From Nostoc sp. UHCC 0302 (lineage in GTDB: Bacteria; Cyanobacteriota; Cyanobacteriia; Cyanobacteriales; Nostocaceae): DNA of 64,000 nt. Below are positions 29,238-41,088 of this stretch, piece after piece (within the stretch, counting starts at the first letter, position 1; each line of letters begins with the position of its first letter). Position numbers and translations under genes: made by a program. The stretch is from positions 4,567,484 to 4,631,483 of the forward strand of contig NZ_CP151099.1 in NCBI RefSeq assembly GCF_038096175.1, written 5' to 3'. The notes under the pieces are model-generated. The model ran no database searches. It was not told where the DNA came from and saw only the letters and a list, made by a program, of their open reading frames with translations.

Positions 29238-30044
29238 ATGACTCGCATTATTGTAATTACCTCCGGCAAAGGAGGAGTGGGTAAAACCACAGTTTCAGCA
29301 AATCTGGGGATGGCTTTAGCCAAAATAGGCCGTCAAGTTGCTTTGGTTGATGCGGATTTTGGTCTGAGAAATTTGGATTTGCTGCTAGGGCTGGAAAACC
29401 GCATCGTTTATACTGCGGTGGAAGTCCTAGCAAGAGAGTGCCGCCTAGAACAAGCTTTGGTCAAAGACAAGCGACAACCCAACCTGGTACTATTGCCAGC
29501 AGCGCAAAATCGCTCTAAAGATGCAGTCACTCCTGAACAGATGAAGTTACTAGTGAATGCACTGGCACAAAAGTATCAGTATGTGATCATTGATAGCCCC
29601 GCCGGGATTGAAAATGGGTTTAAAAATGCGATCGCCCCAGCCAAAGAAGCCTTGATTGTCAGCACCCCAGAAATTTCCTCAGTTCGTGATGCTGACCGAG
29701 TAGTTGGATTACTAGAAGCACAAGGTATCAAACGTGTTCATTTAATAATTAACCGCATCAGACCCTCAATGGTGCAGGCAAATGATATGATGTCTGTGCA
29801 AGATGTTCAGGAACTTCTCGCAATACCCCTAATAGGGGTAATCCCTGATGACGAGCGTGTTATTGTATCTACAAATCGCGGCGAACCTTTAGTACTAGGG
29901 GAAACTCCTTCGTTAGCTGCCACAGCCTTTGAAAACATTGCTCGTAGATTGGAAGGAGAATCGGTTGAATTTCTTGAGATCGACTCGTCCCAAGACAGCA
30001 TATTCGCCCGATTGCGAAGGTTGTTGTGGACAAAGATTGTTTAA
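29238..30044 (+). CDS. minD: septum site-determining ATPase MinD
   Basis: [24 protein letters not shown] (deviant Walker A) with full-length MinD similarity. Confidence 0.95.
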   Translation: MTRIIVITSGKGGVGKTTVSANLGMALAKIGRQVALVDADFGLRNLDLLLGLENRIVYTAVEVLARECRLEQALVKDKRQPNLVLLPAAQNRSKDAVTPEQMKLLVNALAQKYQYVIIDSPAGIENGFKNAIAPAKEALIVSTPEISSVRDADRVVGLLEAQGIKRVHLIINRIRPSMVQANDMMSVQDVQELLAIPLIGVIPDDERVIVSTNRGEPLVLGETPSLAATAFENIARRLEGESVEFLEIDSSQDSIFARLRRLLWTKIV

Positions 30045-30079
30045 CTCATTTTTCAGTCTCCGCCCCAGACCTATTTGCA

Positions 30080-30352
30080 ATGATTGAACTTCTAGAAAGA
30101 CTTTTTTCTCGCAGTCCCGATACTAGTCGCACTCAAGTTAAACGTCGCCTACAATTGGTGATTGCTCATGATCGCGCTGACATAGCTCCTGAAACGTTAG
30201 AAAAAATGCGGCAAGAAATTTTAGATGTAGTTTGTCGCTATGTGGAAGTTGAGACGGAGGGCTTAGAGTTTTCTCTAGAAAGCAACCAAAGAACAACAGC
30301 CTTGATTGCTAATTTGCCTATCCGTCGAGTCAGAGGAGGTACGTCTGAATAA
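30080..30352 (+). CDS. minE: cell division topological specificity factor MinE
   Basis: [32 protein letters not shown]... matches MinE. Start taken at the internal ATG 30080; the track ORF begins at 30026 and overlaps minD. Confidence 0.9.
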   Translation: MIELLERLFSRSPDTSRTQVKRRLQLVIAHDRADIAPETLEKMRQEILDVVCRYVEVETEGLEFSLESNQRTTALIANLPIRRVRGGTSE

Positions 30353-30910
30353 GAAAGGTATCACCAGCCTGAATAGTACCGCTACTTATTGGGAAGGTAA
30401 CGCCGCTCTATTACTAATCAAAGTGAGATAACTTTAAGTAAACACACTATTCTTGATTTTTAAGCTCATTCCGACCACTTGAAGGTGGTGAATTTCAGGC
30501 GTATAGGGAATGTCATAACCAAATTCCCTGATGCCCTTTTTTCCGTAGGCTATGCCCTAAGTTGGCGGCGATTACTCCCGTACTTACAAATTCACGCGAT
30601 GTGCAAGTTGTTTTACGTTGGCTGCAACATCTCCTGTAGCTGCGGTAGCTGCTTGGGAAGTATTTTCACCAAGGTTAGTAGCCCTAGTTGAGCAATTACA
30701 AATATTCTGACTCAATGCTAATCTCTAGATTAGTGAACTGTTAAAGAAAATAGTCACATAATCTCGAGGATTGAACAGTATTGAGACAAAAAGCGATCGC
30801 TCATCACTCGCATTAACAAATCAACCACCTCAAGTATAGATGTGTCTCTATATTGAGACACATCCAGGCATGGTCTTGGACTTCGTGCTATTTCTTAGAA
30901 ATCAGTAAAA

Positions 30911-30935
30911 CACTCGCGACTATATATTACGAGTG
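30911..30935 (-). terminator. candidate Rho-independent terminator of the flotillin-like gene
   Basis: On the minus strand this reads cactcg-[loop]-cgagtg then TTTTACTGATTTCT, starting ~12 nt after the stop codon. Confidence 0.4.
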
Positions 30936-30946
30936 ATTTGCAAACA

Positions 30947-33076
30947 TCACTTATCAATAGGGAAATTAACAACTATCGGTGGAAGACCATTTTCTGTTGG
31001 AGGTTGTGTATTGGCAACTGGTTGTGGGCGCAAAGGCGTTGGTGTAAGCTCACCCGGTTTAGCAGTTTGATTCCATAAAATTAAGGATAGTAGCCCATCT
31101 ACTAAACCGTTATTACTGCCATTGCTGCCAACCAGAACATCGGGAATCAAACGGACATTGCGATCGCCTATAATCTGCATCAGTTGCATTGCAGTATAAC
31201 CATGTGATCCTAAAGCCTCTACACCAGTGCGGTAGGTTTCAGCTTTGGCGTTACCCGTAGCACGAATCCCTTCAGCCTCAGCAATTGCCCGCAATTTTGT
31301 CCCCTCAGCTTCACCAGTAGCCTGCTTGATTTGGGCTTGGGCTTTCAAATCGGCAATTTGCACACTCTGCTCTGATTGCACCATTTCTTCTTGAATTTCA
31401 GCCATTGCTGTCTCCCGAACAAGTTGTTGCCGTTGGGTTTGCGCCATCTGCTGAACTTCGTAAGTTTTGCGCTGTTCCTCAGCAATTTTACGCTCTGTCA
31501 GTGTGTGCATTAATTCTTGTGGCGGGGTAATCAAACCAATCAAGGAATCCACCGCTTGTACATCATAAGCACGCAAGGCAGATTTAACGTATTCGGAGGC
31601 TTCAACTTGGCGTTCGCTTCGTGCAATCAAGAAATCCAAGATAGTATACTCTTGAGCCGAGTTGCGGAAATAATTCCCTACAATTGGCCGCAGAACCTGA
31701 TCGATGACGTTTTGCATTGAACCTAAGCGTGAAATCACTTTCGGTGCATCTGAAGCACCAATGTGGATAATTTGGAATATCTCTAAACTAAAGCTGAAAC
31801 CATCAAATGACAGCAGTTTCAGCGCCTGCAAGTTGGTATCATAACCGTGGTTTCCAGTGATTCTTTCAGTAAAATTTAAGACTATATTGGTTGTCGGTAC
31901 TAGCTCAATTTTCATCACCTTAGTGTTGAGCGGGTGTTTCCCTGGATACAACGGCTCAACCCAAACGCCCTTATGTCCCTGGTTTACTAAATTCCCGTGG
32001 GTAAAAGCTGCTCCGCTCACATCTTCGTGTTCTTTACCTACAAATGAAATCACCACACCCACATAACCGATAGGGATTTCAGTCATCGGTACTTGTTCAA
32101 TATTTACCAACCAAGGGTTTAAGTTCCAGGAACCCGATAATAATACCTGTTCTTGTAAACCTCTTTGTCCCCCAGCATCAATAAATTTTTGACCATTTTG
32201 GAAATTATCATGCCCGCTAATTATACGTCCAGCGATTTCACCTGCTGCAATTGATGAGCCATCTAAAGTAGTAACAATACCAACTTTTTCTGCTGCTATT
32301 TCATGAATGTGCAACTGTTGTGGAGTCATGCCATGACTAGTAGCATTTGCTGCGGTAATCACTTTAAACAGTGCGGTGTTGATCCGGTAAGTTCCTGCGG
32401 TGAGAAATCCCATTTGACGCCCTTTTTCCCCACCTTGGGTAAGAAATTTGCGGGCATCTTGGTAATTGTCACAATTGACAATTTTACCTAAAATCCGCTC
32501 TGGTGGGTTGGATGCTCCATCTGCCGCGACAATCAAGGCGATTTCCCCTTGGGGAACGACAATTACCGATTCTTTCTTTACAGAATACTGCCAAGGCCAA
32601 TAGCCCCAGTGCCAACCAGGGGCTAAAGTATCTGCCTGTAAGCCAGCTTCGCCGTCAAGGGCAATCAACCGTCCCGGTGGGAGTCCGCGCCCAGAAAGGG
32701 TAAACTTTCTCACTACAATGCCGACTTCACGTTCGCCAATAACCACCAGTCCCCCAAAGAAGAGGGGGACAAATATGACAAAACCGCCAACAAGTACGAT
32801 GGGGATGAGTACAAAAGGATCAATTCCAGCAGCTTGATATTGAACTTTGACGGTTTGTAACTGGGCAATATTTGGTTTGGTCTGATTTAGCTGGATAGTC
32901 GCCGAAGTTATTTCTTTTGCAGTAGTTATTTTTACAGGAGTAGCATTGGCAGAATGAATACTACCAGCAATCGCCAATGCTGCTACAACAGACGCTGCAA
33001 AACGAGCTACCTTATTTTGTTTATGCGTACCAAGCAAAGATTGAAAACTTTTCATAATTTGTGCCCTTTTGGGCAA
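30947..33076 (-). CDS. flotillin-like SPFH-domain protein (709 aa)
   Basis: N-terminal signal/TM, SPFH/band-7 domain and a long Ala/Glu/Gln-rich flotillin-type coiled-coil (EAEGTKLRAIAEAEGIRATGNAKAETYR), with a Pro-rich C terminus. Confidence 0.8.
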   Translation of the reverse strand: MPKRAQIMKSFQSLLGTHKQNKVARFAASVVAALAIAGSIHSANATPVKITTAKEITSATIQLNQTKPNIAQLQTVKVQYQAAGIDPFVLIPIVLVGGFVIFVPLFFGGLVVIGEREVGIVVRKFTLSGRGLPPGRLIALDGEAGLQADTLAPGWHWGYWPWQYSVKKESVIVVPQGEIALIVAADGASNPPERILGKIVNCDNYQDARKFLTQGGEKGRQMGFLTAGTYRINTALFKVITAANATSHGMTPQQLHIHEIAAEKVGIVTTLDGSSIAAGEIAGRIISGHDNFQNGQKFIDAGGQRGLQEQVLLSGSWNLNPWLVNIEQVPMTEIPIGYVGVVISFVGKEHEDVSGAAFTHGNLVNQGHKGVWVEPLYPGKHPLNTKVMKIELVPTTNIVLNFTERITGNHGYDTNLQALKLLSFDGFSFSLEIFQIIHIGASDAPKVISRLGSMQNVIDQVLRPIVGNYFRNSAQEYTILDFLIARSERQVEASEYVKSALRAYDVQAVDSLIGLITPPQELMHTLTERKIAEEQRKTYEVQQMAQTQRQQLVRETAMAEIQEEMVQSEQSVQIADLKAQAQIKQATGEAEGTKLRAIAEAEGIRATGNAKAETYRTGVEALGSHGYTAMQLMQIIGDRNVRLIPDVLVGSNGSNNGLVDGLLSLILWNQTAKPGELTPTPLRPQPVANTQPPTENGLPPIVVNFPIDK

Positions 33077-33414
33077 CTAATTAGTTAAGTTAACACTTCA
33101 CCAAGGTTTGCTTCGATTTCTTAAACTTGACGTAATTGTTTAAAAAAATTAATTCAACGGGAGACAGAAGTTAGGAAAACTCTGTCAAGATGCAATCTTC
33201 AACATTCAGTTTTCTTTGTCTTGGAAAGTTCTTGTCTAAAGAAGACTCAGATCAAACTTTCTGCTGTGCATTTGTAGTTGAAAAATAAAGCTTAATTAAT
33301 ACTAATCATACTAAGCAAAATTACTCAGGGAGAGGTGAGAGAAAAGTAGATTTTTCACTCACCTTGACAGGGCTAGCAATGCCCACCCTAAAAGCTGAAA
33401 TAGAAAATAAAATT

Positions 33415-33828
33415 TTAGAGCAAACCACCAGCAGCTTGAAACCGAGCGCGGGCGCGTTTAAAGGCTTGAGTTGCTTGAATTTGTGCTTGGCGATCGTCTG
33501 CTGTCACCTGATTTAGACGCGCTTCTGCTTGGTTGTAAGCAGCACGGGCTTCTTCCAGGTTAATTTTGTCACCACGTTCAGCGCCGTTCACCAGAATTGT
33601 CACTTCATTTTCTTCGACTTCGGCAAAGCCACCTAACAGAGCGATCGCTTGCCAATTCTGATTTTTAGCAGCACGTACACGCATTACACCTGTATCCAAA
33701 GCTGTCAACAGTGGCGCGTGTCCACTGAGGATACCTAATTGACCAGTTGTGCTGGGCAGAACGACTTCTTCAGCTGGGGCATCCCATACTGTTTTATCTG
33801 GGGAAATTACACGAACGGTTAATGTCAT
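33415..33828 (-). CDS. atpC: F0F1 ATP synthase epsilon subunit
   Basis: [51 protein letters not shown] is the canonical epsilon subunit. Start at the internal Met (33828); the track ORF extends to 33909 through STRR-like sequence. Confidence 0.92.
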   Translation of the reverse strand: MTLTVRVISPDKTVWDAPAEEVVLPSTTGQLGILSGHAPLLTALDTGVMRVRAAKNQNWQAIALLGGFAEVEENEVTILVNGAERGDKINLEEARAAYNQAEARLNQVTADDRQAQIQATQAFKRARARFQAAGGLL

Positions 33829-33969
33829 TGTCTTTTGTCCTTCGTCCTTCGTCTTTTGTCCTACCCTGCGGGAAGCCGCTGGCGCGTCTATGTCCTTTGT
33901 CTTTTGCAATTGCCATTAGTCATTAGCAGTTGAACTAATGACTAATGATTAATGACTAATGACCAATGA

Positions 33970-35445
<1,476 letters not shown>

Positions 35446-35865
35446 TCAGATACGGTCGTAGAAGACATAAGATTAAGCAATGTCATCTTTCACTGTAGCA
35501 CCGCAAGGGGACAGAACTCCCTTAGTAATTCCTTAAAAAGTAGCTTTACAGCTTCAGCCGCAATCCTCATCCTCACTAGCTTCTTTCGGCGAACAGATGC
35601 TTCGTGATCACCCCAGTTTTTCACTAAGCTCATTTTTCAGCCGCGATCGCTTTCATTTAAGCCCCTCAAATAGCGATAATTTCCCCTCAATACTACACAA
35701 GCGCTGTGCGTGGCAACACAAAAGGCCGTGTCTGCCATCGGAAGACACAGCAGATATTAAAATAGCGTAAGAATAAATTTAGGCTTTAGCTGCGATGTGA
35801 TTTTGCTGTTTGCGCTTGAGTAGCGAACTAGCACTGAAAGAGCTTACTGTAAATAAACTAGGAGT

Positions 35866-36045
35866 TACGCACTCTCGACGTAAAATCAAGGTTTGAGATT
35901 GCTTGTCTGCGACACCAAGGCGAACACTTCGCTATGGCTACGTAAAGCCCTTCTCTTGAAAGAGATCAAGGCGTAGTTTGCTTCCCCATAGGGGTACGGG
36001 CATGGCTTTGCTTAACGCAATGACGTAATTTCGTCACGGGGCCTA
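35866..36045. repeat. modular dispersed repeat / structured element (tctgcgacaccaaggcg...ggcgtagtttgcttccccataggggtacgg)
   Basis: Shares modules with 42800-42930 and 55795-55910 (tctgcgagaccggaggcgtagcttgcttccccgtaggggtacgc); contains a ccccNtaggggg-type hairpin. Confidence 0.55.
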
Positions 36046-36422
36046 TGTTCTAATATTTGAGCAACAAATAATAACTAACAGCTAAATTTAATATGGCTTT
36101 CAATTAAAATAGTTACTTTAATATTAGCCTAATTTTCTATAAACTAACTGTTTAAAAATAAATATATTAACATTAATTATATGTTAGTAAATATATTTAG
36201 ATTTAGTACATATTGAATTCAGAAATTTATAAAGCTCTAATTTAATAAGATTGTGCTATTTATCAAATCTATTATAATAAATATCTATTTAACTAAATTT
36301 AAAATTTTTCAAGACTTTAGTGTAAATTACATTTCCAAATCCTCTTAATATCTCTAAAATAAAGGTAGTACAGAAAACGGGTTTAAGTTGACTCACTTCA
36401 TCCTCATTTATCTACCAAGCAA

Positions 36423-37253
36423 TTGCTTATGAATTTCTCGTCAGCGCGACAATATTTTTACCAAGAGATTCAGCAGCCTGACGAGCAGATTGATCTGGCA
36501 AAGGCAGCTTTATACATAGCCCAAGAAGAATATCCCAACCTCGACCCAGAGGAATACCTCAATGCCCTCGATACAATGGCAAGTGAGCTTCTAGAACGTT
36601 TACCTTCCTCACGGTATCCTCTGCGGATAATTCAAAGTATCAATCAGTATCTCTATGATGATTTAGGATTTACTGGTAATGAAAAAGACTACTATGATCC
36701 GCGAAATAGCTTTTTCAATGATGTAATTGAGCGCCGCTTAGGGATTCCTATTACCTTAGCGTTGATTTATCTGGAAGTTGCCCGGAGAATTGACTTTCCG
36801 ATGGTGGGTGTCGGAATGCCAGGGCATTTTTTGATCCGCCCAGATATTCCAGATATAGAGATTTTCGTTGATGCTTTTAATGGCGGTGAAACAATATTTG
36901 CACAAGACTGCCAAGAACGGTTGTCTCAACTTTATCAACAACCTGTGACGCTACAACCAGAATTTTTAGCAGTAGTGAGTCATCGCCACTTTTTGGCACG
37001 GATGTTAACGAATCTGAAATATATTTACCTCAAACAGCAACAGTTAGAAAAAACGCTAGCAGCAATTGAACGAATTTTACTGTTATTTCCCGACACAATA
37101 TTAGAACTGCGCGATCGCGGTCTTCTGTATTATCAACTTGGTTACTATCCACAAGCTGTAGATGACTTACAAACTTATCTAGTAAAGGTTCCTGACGCCC
37201 AAGATGCATCTGTAATTCGCCAGTTGCTTGCCCAGTTGGGTAGAGATGGTTAG
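36423..37253 (+). CDS. transglutaminase-like superfamily protein (SirB1/UPF0162-type N-domain plus TPR-like C terminus)
   Basis: RGIPITLALIYLEVARRIDFPMVGVGMPGHFLIR matches the conserved SirB1-N / Transglut_core2 region. Confidence 0.65.
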   Translation: MLMNFSSARQYFYQEIQQPDEQIDLAKAALYIAQEEYPNLDPEEYLNALDTMASELLERLPSSRYPLRIIQSINQYLYDDLGFTGNEKDYYDPRNSFFNDVIERRLGIPITLALIYLEVARRIDFPMVGVGMPGHFLIRPDIPDIEIFVDAFNGGETIFAQDCQERLSQLYQQPVTLQPEFLAVVSHRHFLARMLTNLKYIYLKQQQLEKTLAAIERILLLFPDTILELRDRGLLYYQLGYYPQAVDDLQTYLVKVPDAQDASVIRQLLAQLGRDG

Positions 37254-37326
37254 GGGCTGGGGATTGGGGAGTAGGGGACAAAGAAGAATAACAAATGACT
37301 AATGACTAATGACTAATGACAAATGA

Positions 37327-37779
37327 CTAATAACCAATTTCTAGTTCTTCTGCTATCCGTTTGAGGCGAAGCAGTTGGGCTTGCATATCTTCTTTTGTCC
37401 AAGATGCTGCGAAGGTGTTGAAACCCCAACTCACTAGAGGGTTAGGAATATCGAACTCAAAGCGGTTAATTAGGCGCGTTCCTTTTTCTACTGGTTGACA
37501 TTCCCAGCGATCGCGCCCTTGAAAAAATCCCTTAAATTCCCAGACTACTATACCTGGCTTCCTTTCCACAACAACGCTGTTCAGGGTGGGTTGAATCAAA
37601 GGAATTTGAATAATAAAACGACTTTGACTGCCTACATCCGTACTCCAAGCTTCGTTTACAGGTTCGCAACGGAGAACAGGGTTCAGCCAGCGGTGCATAA
37701 GTGCTAAATCGGTGATACAGCGCTCCACCACTGAAGCTGTAGCATTAATTTGAATTGACTGTTCCAAAACTTGAGGCAT
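37327..37779 (-). CDS. SRPBCC-family (polyketide cyclase/START-like) protein
   Basis: 150 aa with a helix-grip fold pattern (INATASVVERCITDLALMHRWLNP...WEFKG). Confidence 0.65.
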   Translation of the reverse strand: MPQVLEQSIQINATASVVERCITDLALMHRWLNPVLRCEPVNEAWSTDVGSQSRFIIQIPLIQPTLNSVVVERKPGIVVWEFKGFFQGRDRWECQPVEKGTRLINRFEFDIPNPLVSWGFNTFAASWTKEDMQAQLLRLKRIAEELEIGY

Positions 37780-38131
37780 TCTACATCTTTAAGTATGCTG
37801 TTGCTGCAATTAGAGTAACGCAAAATCAAGTACTGTCTGCACATTACATAAATGCTACAGCAGACGAGAGTGCAGAACAAAAATAAATTTACACATACTA
37901 CCAAGAAATTAGCTTTTAATTCTCTTTTTGCAACGATTTATTTGGTAATACAAAAAGATAAGTAACAAAGTCAAAAATTACTCTTGATATCAATGCCATA
38001 TATGTTTTTACTGCTAAATTGATAGACAAAACACTAGTGAACTTACGGGTATGTCAGATTACCTAGAGTAATCTGCTCCTAAAGCATCTCAAGTGTTGAC
38101 AGCGAATACTTCAGCTTAATTTCGGAAAACC

Positions 38132-39796
38132 ATGAACGCAACTTGGCAAGAAATGACCCAGGTGATAGTAGTTGGTTTGTCCATCAGGGGGCAGCAATTT
38201 TTGGCACAATCGCCCAATCTGCAACTGAACCAACCAGCAGTCAATCAAGGAATCGATTATGTACAAGGAACTTTCCAGCAGATAGTTGCGTTTTTACCCC
38301 GTTTACTGGGGGCAGTGGCAATTTTGTTGGTAGGTTGGCTGATTGCCGCGATCGCTGCGGCAGTGACGCGGGGAATTCTCAATCGCACTAATATAGATAA
38401 CCGCATTGCCGCAGGGATTACGGGGCGTGGGGATAGTGGGCAACTTCCCCAAGTAGAGAAATTAATCTCCAGCTTAGTTTTTTGGATCATTATCCTATTA
38501 ACGGTTGTAGCCGTATTACAGACACTACAGCTAGAAGTAGCTTCTAGACCTCTAAATAATTTTCTCGATCAACTTGTTGGTTTCTTGCCCAAGTTGGTAG
38601 GTGCAGCAATCTGGTTGGGTGTCGCTTGGATATTAGCTACTATCGTTAAGCTGCTGACAATCAGCGGACTACAGGTGTTGAGGCTAGATGAGCGTTTAAA
38701 TCAAGAAACGCAAAACGATACACTCAGCCTTGATCAGTTCTCTTTGAGTCAGACAATTGGTAATGCCCTGTACTGGTTCATCTTTTTACTGTTTCTCGTC
38801 CCGATACTGGATACTTTGGGACTACAGCAAGCACTACAACCAGTACAAGCTCTGATTACGCAGATTCTCTCAATTCTGCCTAATATCTTAGCCGCAGGAC
38901 TAATTGCCGCAGTCGGTTGGTTTATCGCTAATGTGGTGCGGCGGATTGTGACAAACTTGTTGGCAACAACTGGAATTGATCATTTAGGCAGCCGATTTGG
39001 ACTATCCTCATCTGCGGGGTCGCAATCTTTATCGACTATTGTCGGCACAATTGTCTATGTTTTGATTTTGATTCCTGTAGCGATCGCAGCGCTCAATACT
39101 TTAAAAATTGATGCGATATCAGTCCCAGCGATCGCAATGTTACAGCAGGTTCTCAACGCCCTGCCAGCAATCTTTACAGCTGTGGCAATTTTGATTGTTG
39201 CCTATTTCATCGGGCGGTTTGTAGCGGATCTGGTCACTAGCATCCTTACCAGTTTGGGCTTTAACAATATTTTCACTGTACTGGGTGTACCAGCTCCTAC
39301 CAGACGAATTGTAATTCCAGCAGAACCAACAACGTCACCTGAGATACCAACTCGCACTCCATCAGAAATTGTTGGCATTATTGTTTTAGTTGGTATTTTG
39401 CTGTTTGCAACGCTGACAGCGGTAAACATCCTGAATATTCCGGCGCTGACAGCATTAGTAGGTGGCATTTTGATAATATTTGGGCGGATATTATCTGGTT
39501 TGGTAGTATTTGGCATTGGTTTGTTTTTAGCAAATCTGGCTTTTAACATCATTACCAGTTCCGGTGATCCTCAAGCCCGAATTTTGGGTCAAGTAGCGCG
39601 GATTGCAATTATTGCCCTAGTTTCTGCAATGGCATTGCAACAGATTGGAGTTGCCAGTGATATTGTAAATTTAGCTTTTGGACTTTTACTCGGTGCGATC
39701 GCTGTTGCTATTGCCTTAGCTTTTGGTTTAGGTGGTCGTGATATTGCACGTCAGCAAGTCCAAGATTGGCTAAATTCTTTCCAAGCTAAAAAATAA
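38132..39796 (+). CDS. integral membrane protein with conserved TM-helix repeats (MscS-associated TM_helix family)
   Basis: At least five internal repeats of the type (F/I)LP(R/K/N)(L/I)xxAxxILxVGWxIAxxV; 554 aa and highly hydrophobic. Confidence 0.65.
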   Translation: MNATWQEMTQVIVVGLSIRGQQFLAQSPNLQLNQPAVNQGIDYVQGTFQQIVAFLPRLLGAVAILLVGWLIAAIAAAVTRGILNRTNIDNRIAAGITGRGDSGQLPQVEKLISSLVFWIIILLTVVAVLQTLQLEVASRPLNNFLDQLVGFLPKLVGAAIWLGVAWILATIVKLLTISGLQVLRLDERLNQETQNDTLSLDQFSLSQTIGNALYWFIFLLFLVPILDTLGLQQALQPVQALITQILSILPNILAAGLIAAVGWFIANVVRRIVTNLLATTGIDHLGSRFGLSSSAGSQSLSTIVGTIVYVLILIPVAIAALNTLKIDAISVPAIAMLQQVLNALPAIFTAVAILIVAYFIGRFVADLVTSILTSLGFNNIFTVLGVPAPTRRIVIPAEPTTSPEIPTRTPSEIVGIIVLVGILLFATLTAVNILNIPALTALVGGILIIFGRILSGLVVFGIGLFLANLAFNIITSSGDPQARILGQVARIAIIALVSAMALQQIGVASDIVNLAFGLLLGAIAVAIALAFGLGGRDIARQQVQDWLNSFQAKK

Positions 39797-40607
39797 AATC
39801 TATACATCTTGGAAAGATAGCCGCAAGTATTGGGAGTGTAGAAAGATTTTCTACAATTTGGAATTAAAACTTGAAGATTAAAACTTTGAACTTGGAACTT
39901 TGAGTATCAAACTTAAAATTCCAAGTTCAAAGCTTCAATTTTCCCGTGTTTAGGTAGAGTGTTAACAAAAAGTAGATTATGCCAGGAAGAGAAAAAATTA
40001 ATAAAGATGTTAAATACAGTATACAACTTTAAAAGTATAGAATTCTATCCGATTCTTATAGAAAATAATACTGAATTAAAAAATTTGATTTGGCAAACAA
40101 GGTATTGGTTTAGCGTATTAGCAGCCTCAACCCATTTACGTTTAATAAATTTTCGGTTAAATATGTTTTTTGTAGAAGAAAGAAGATTATACCTTAATAG
40201 ATAAGCTTTTATATTGGACTGTAGATTATTGTGAATGGTTGATATCTAACTAAAATAAATTATAAAATAGATTGAGCAGGTATTAACTACTTGTAACATA
40301 ATATGAATTAAGACCACTAGTCATTACGATGTAAGACTAATGGCCAAATATTGTGAAGTACCTTGTAAAAATAGGTTAAAAAAGTTGCAATTAACTTGAA
40401 GTCTTGAAAGATGATATTGTTGCGGCTGAAGTTTTAACTTATTTTTACATGATGCCTCGATTACAAATTCAACAGAGGTAAGCTGATGAACAGGATTGTA
40501 TGGATTTACAAACCTATTTATCGCTCTTGTAGATAGAAAATTAAGATTATCTAGGCTTGATAAACTTAGGTAATCTAATCTATCTATTGTTTCAAACTAA
40601 GGCTTTC

Positions 40608-40754
40608 TTACGAAAAAGTTAGCTTGCCTCTAGGAGTTCCTGCTGGAAAGTCTTTATCTAAAGCATCACCATTGTTTTGACCTTTTGTTAAAACTTCAAC
40701 TTCGCCATATATGGTAAGTTGTGGCTGAGTATAAGGTTTCTTATTAGAAGTCAT
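40608..40754 (-). CDS. 48-aa peptide with a lasso-peptide-type leader motif (candidate RiPP precursor)
   Basis: Sequence MTSNKKPYTQPQLTIYGEVEVLTK|GQNNGDALDKDFPAGTPRGKLTFS. The leader matches Y-x2-P-x-L-x3-G-x5-T-x exactly and the core begins G1 with Asp at position 9. A strong SD (AAGGAG) sits 6 nt upstream of the ATG. The track ORF 40608..40874 is the same frame extended upstream. Confidence 0.5.
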   Translation of the reverse strand: MTSNKKPYTQPQLTIYGEVEVLTKGQNNGDALDKDFPAGTPRGKLTFS

Positions 40755-41088
40755 GGTTTTCTCCTTTGCAGTGTGTTGTTTTTTAGTACTAACTCGGTTC
40801 AAAATAAAAGCAATATCTGAGCGAGAATAAGACTCACTATTTTGATGTGAGTTAATACTTTTGCTTAAGCACATTGCCAGAATATATTAAACAAATTTGA
40901 GTTGGGATGTATCGTAAGAAATAACTTATTCTAGAAAATGTGCCTTTTGTTACACGACTATAAGTTTTTGAATAAAACTTTGTGTATTAGTGGTTAAAAA
41001 ATAATTTTATTAACCCCCAAGATACCAAGACACTAAGTAAAATAAATTGCTAATCGGTGATAAAAGCTAGCCTGAACTAAGGTATGAC

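Noticed and set aside
30479-30691. 70-aa ORF in the minE-flotillin intergenic region; also considered an RNase P-like ggtaacgcc motif at ~30400.
   Set aside because: The ORF has no RBS and odd composition. The nine-mer match is too short to call RNase P RNA, and other universally conserved rnpB blocks are absent.
30838-30865. Inverted repeat gatgtgtctc-tatatt-gagacacatc considered as a terminator.
   Set aside because: No U-tract on either strand. The better terminator candidate for the minus-strand gene is at 30911-30935.
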